In this document: positions 36,487-38,872 of the stretch, one piece after another
Numbering within the stretch: the first letter of the stretch is position 1
Layout of the letters: every line of letters starts with the position of its first letter
Assembly: GCA_027341315.1 (NCBI GenBank)
Contig: DAIENA010000001.1
Span: 1-38,872, forward strand
Source of the DNA: an archaeon
GTDB taxonomy: Archaea; Nanobdellota; Nanobdellia; Pacearchaeales; GW2011-AR1
Direction: 5' to 3'
DNA length: 38,872 nucleotides
Notes under the pieces: generated by a model
The model's database searches: none
What the model saw: the letters and a program-made list of their open reading frames with translations, nothing else
What the model was told of the DNA's origin: nothing
Program-made: the position numbers and the translations under genes

Positions 36487-36759
36487 ATGGTAAAACGTGA
36501 CAAACTTGAAATAATAAAAGATATTTTGAAAATTATAAAAGATAATCACGGGCATATTAAGATGACTCCCCTCTTAAGGAAATCCAATTTATCTTCAAAA
36601 CGTTTTGCCGACTATAAATCCGAACTTCTTGGAAGGGAATTAATTTCTGAAGTGGAGGAAAAAAAATTAGGAAGACAAATACTTATCACCATGAAAGGGA
36701 TGGAATTTTTAGAAAAATACCGCGCGATTGTTAATTTTGTTAATGAGTTTGATTTGTAA
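36487..36759 (+). CDS. archaeal winged-helix transcription regulator (HTH_45-like)
   Basis: KRDKLEIIKDIL, T.LLRKSNLS, IT.KG.EFL. Confidence 0.85.
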   Translation: MVKRDKLEIIKDILKIIKDNHGHIKMTPLLRKSNLSSKRFADYKSELLGRELISEVEEKKLGRQILITMKGMEFLEKYRAIVNFVNEFDL

Positions 36760-37240
36760 GTTTGGAATTTTTTCTTAATCGGATAGAAAAAACTTCGAAT
36801 CCAAATTTGCCCGCAAGATTTAATGAACCTTTATTTACAGAATAAACTCTCCACTCAAAAAAATCAACTTTTTTATTTTTCATCTCTTTCATTAAAAATT
36901 TTACAAGCTTAGCCCCAAATCCCTTTCTTCTTGAAGTCTTGTTTAGATATATTTTGTCAATTAAACCCATTCTTCCGCCATAAGAAGTCTCAACAATTCC
37001 TTCTCCAAAACCAATTATTTGGTCATTGACCTGTAAAACAATAAATGTTATATTTTTTGCATTTATTTCTTTAATGAATAATTTCCTCCTAGAACTTTTT
37101 TTATTTTTGAATTCGTTATAAATTGATTTGTAAGTCCTTTTTGGGAATCTCTCTTTTATTTCTTCAATTCCTCCTTCTGAATAAATTGCATCTATCTCCT
37201 CAAAATCTTTTTTTACTGCTTTTCTTATTTGTATTTTCAT
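36740..37240 (-). CDS. GNAT-family N-acetyltransferase
   Basis: IRKA...D, IIGF, IYL...SRRKGFG.KL acetyl-CoA motif, N..S..L..KFGF. Confidence 0.88.
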   Translation of the reverse strand: MKIQIRKAVKKDFEEIDAIYSEGGIEEIKERFPKRTYKSIYNEFKNKKSSRRKLFIKEINAKNITFIVLQVNDQIIGFGEGIVETSYGGRMGLIDKIYLNKTSRRKGFGAKLVKFLMKEMKNKKVDFFEWRVYSVNKGSLNLAGKFGFEVFSIRLRKNSKLTNQTH

Positions 37241-37241
37241 T

Positions 37242-38117
37242 TTACATTCTTCTTAAAACTTCGATTCGTTTTTCTAATGGCGGATGCGTCGACGTTAAAT
37301 TTCCGAACGGATTTGAGAAAAACATCGGCGCGAGAGCCTTTGAAACTTTTTTTTCCGGCGAATTTTCTTTTTTTATTTTTTCAAGGGCTCTAATTAAACC
37401 TTCGGGATTTCTTGTAAATTTTACGGCGGTCGCGTCGGCGGTGTATTCTCTTTTTCTTGAAATTGAAAGTTGTACAAGACCAACGACGATTGGCGCGACG
37501 ATTGCAAGAACAATTCCGATTATAACAAAAATTCCGGAATCTTTATTATCGTTTCCTCCGCTCCTAAACCAAAGACTTCTTAAGAAAATTTGCGAAATTA
37601 TTGAAATCATTCCGACCATGACTGTTACAAGAGTGATGAACCGAATATCGTAATTTGCGACGTGACCCATCTCATGTGCAAGCACTCCTTCAAGTTCACG
37701 TCTTTCGAGTTTTTCCAGAGCCCCGGTTGTTACACAAACGACGGCGTGCTTTGGGTCTCTACCGCTCGCAAAAGCATTTATCGACGGCGATTCCATAATA
37801 TAAAGCCTAGGCATCGGAAGCGACGACGCAACGGTCAATCCTTCGACGAGACGATAAAAATCCCGGTACTTGATTTTATCCGCCGGCTTTGCACGAACTG
37901 ACGAAATTGCAATTTTATCAGAATTGTAAAAATTAATCCAGGTGTAAGTTAAAGAAAAAATTACCGCGATAATCATAATAAAGAAAAAATAACTTGGATC
38001 AAAAGCAAGGGAGATTACATAACCTAAAAGCACAATTACAACCGCAACCGATATCATTAAGAAAAATGAATTTCTTTTATTTCTTGAAATCTGGTCGCGA
38101 AAGTCAATGTATTCCAT
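37242..38117 (-). CDS. htpX: M48 zinc metalloprotease HtpX
   Basis: NAFASGR, ELEGVLAHEMGH, SRKREY.AD, THPP..KRI; near lemA. Confidence 0.95.
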   Translation of the reverse strand: MEYIDFRDQISRNKRNSFFLMISVAVVIVLLGYVISLAFDPSYFFFIMIIAVIFSLTYTWINFYNSDKIAISSVRAKPADKIKYRDFYRLVEGLTVASSLPMPRLYIMESPSINAFASGRDPKHAVVCVTTGALEKLERRELEGVLAHEMGHVANYDIRFITLVTVMVGMISIISQIFLRSLWFRSGGNDNKDSGIFVIIGIVLAIVAPIVVGLVQLSISRKREYTADATAVKFTRNPEGLIRALEKIKKENSPEKKVSKALAPMFFSNPFGNLTSTHPPLEKRIEVLRRM

Positions 38118-38169
38118 GAAAAAAATAAAGGGGAGGGAGTTTTTAAGGATTTTTAATTATCCCCAAAAA

Positions 38170-38508
38170 TTAATTTTTATTATAATCTCCAAAAGTGCGC
38201 TTTGACATTTGGTCTTGAAATTTTTTGAATTCTGTTTCTTCGGGATTTTTTCTCGGAAACATTTCGGGATGAGATTTACACTGCGCCTCAAATTGATCGA
38301 AATTTGGTCTAACATCTCCTCCAAGAAGGTAATATGATTTAGGCATTAAATTTTTTGATGAAATAAGAATTTCAACTTCGTCCGGTTCATATCCAAAAAA
38401 TTCTATGTAATTTATATTTTTTTCTTTCATAAGATTAGAAATCCTTTCACATTCATTTGAGGAATTTCTGAAGAAAGTTATTTTACCTGGGGAATCTAAT
38501 GATGGCAT
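38170..38508 (-). CDS. hypothetical protein, possibly degenerate glutaredoxin-like
   Basis: KITFFRNSSNECERISNLMKEKNINYIEF resembles a glutaredoxin N-terminus with only one Cys. Confidence 0.55.
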   Translation of the reverse strand: MPSLDSPGKITFFRNSSNECERISNLMKEKNINYIEFFGYEPDEVEILISSKNLMPKSYYLLGGDVRPNFDQFEAQCKSHPEMFPRKNPEETEFKKFQDQMSKRTFGDYNKN

Positions 38509-38547
38509 GACCTAAACAGAGATTAATCATTTAAAAATATTATTGTT

Positions 38548-38872
38548 TTAGAAACTAACTTTTGGAGCTTTCTTTTCAGCATCGGCAATCTGTAAATATT
38601 CTTTTGCTTTTCTGTTGTAAATTCCCGCAAAAACTGCTCCCGGAAATTTCTGAGTCATGTTATTGTAGCTAAGGATTGAGTCATTGTAATTTTGCCTTGC
38701 ATATGCAACTCTGTCTTCAGTTGAGGACAATTCTCTTTGAAGCTCGACGAAGTTTGTGTTTGCTTTCAAATCCGGATAATTTTCGGCGACGGCAAAAAGT
38801 CTTCCAAGAGCGCTTTCCAAAACGCCGTTCGCTTTGACTTTTCCGACGAGGTCTTTAGCCGACATCATCGCC
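38548..38872 (-). CDS. lemA: LemA family protein, 5' end outside window
   Basis: LFAVAENYPDLKAN.NF..LQ.EL..TEDRVAYARQ.YND.I..YN, FP...A, PKVSF. Confidence 0.95.
   Translation of the reverse strand, partial: AMMSAKDLVGKVKANGVLESALGRLFAVAENYPDLKANTNFVELQRELSSTEDRVAYARQNYNDSILSYNNMTQKFPGAVFAGIYNRKAKEYLQIADAEKKAPKVSF

Noticed and set aside
60..37901. Many short antisense or alternate-frame track ORFs (e.g. 60-272, 1912-2340, 9275-9712, 23832-24200, 30682-31170, 37123-37653)
   Set aside because: They lie over better-supported genes and have no motifs; treated as shadow ORFs.
1..38872. CRISPR array, rRNA, transposase, integrase or provirus
   Set aside because: No regularly spaced repeats, rRNA-like tract or hallmark proteins. 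The dNTP island resembles phage modules but is embedded among cellular genes.

Overview
AT-rich (roughly one-third GC, estimated by eye) archaeal chromosome segment. It most likely comes from a reduced-genome DPANN archaeon such as Pacearchaeota (inference from fused Rpo1, divergent core proteins and salvage-type metabolism). Layout: (i) partial U32-family gene; (ii) a ~8.4 kb deoxynucleotide island (nrdR, class II nrdJ, HD protein, cobalamin adenosyltransferase, kinase-dCMP deaminase fusion, divergent TMK-like gene, thyX, thioredoxin); (iii) intron-containing tRNA-Lys preceded by an interrupted duplicate of its own 5' end; (iv) the rpoH-rpoB-rpoA-nusA-rps12-rps7-fusA cluster, with unknown ORFs at every junction after rpoB; (v) acyltransferase with an in-frame TGA, PAP2, rpoL, radB, nre, topA, an atypical initiator tRNA-Met, a pyrimidine-dimer glycosylase-like gene, a membrane protein/wHTH pair, GNAT, htpX and partial lemA. 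The best candidate for an undescribed system is a set of five ~85-105 aa proteins sharing an N-terminal motif and a C-terminal LEK helix, translationally coupled inside both the rpoB-rpoA and rps12-rps7 junctions; one copy is bounded by an exact 21-bp direct repeat. No CRISPR, rRNA, transposase or integrase was seen. All calls are by eye; no database searches were run.
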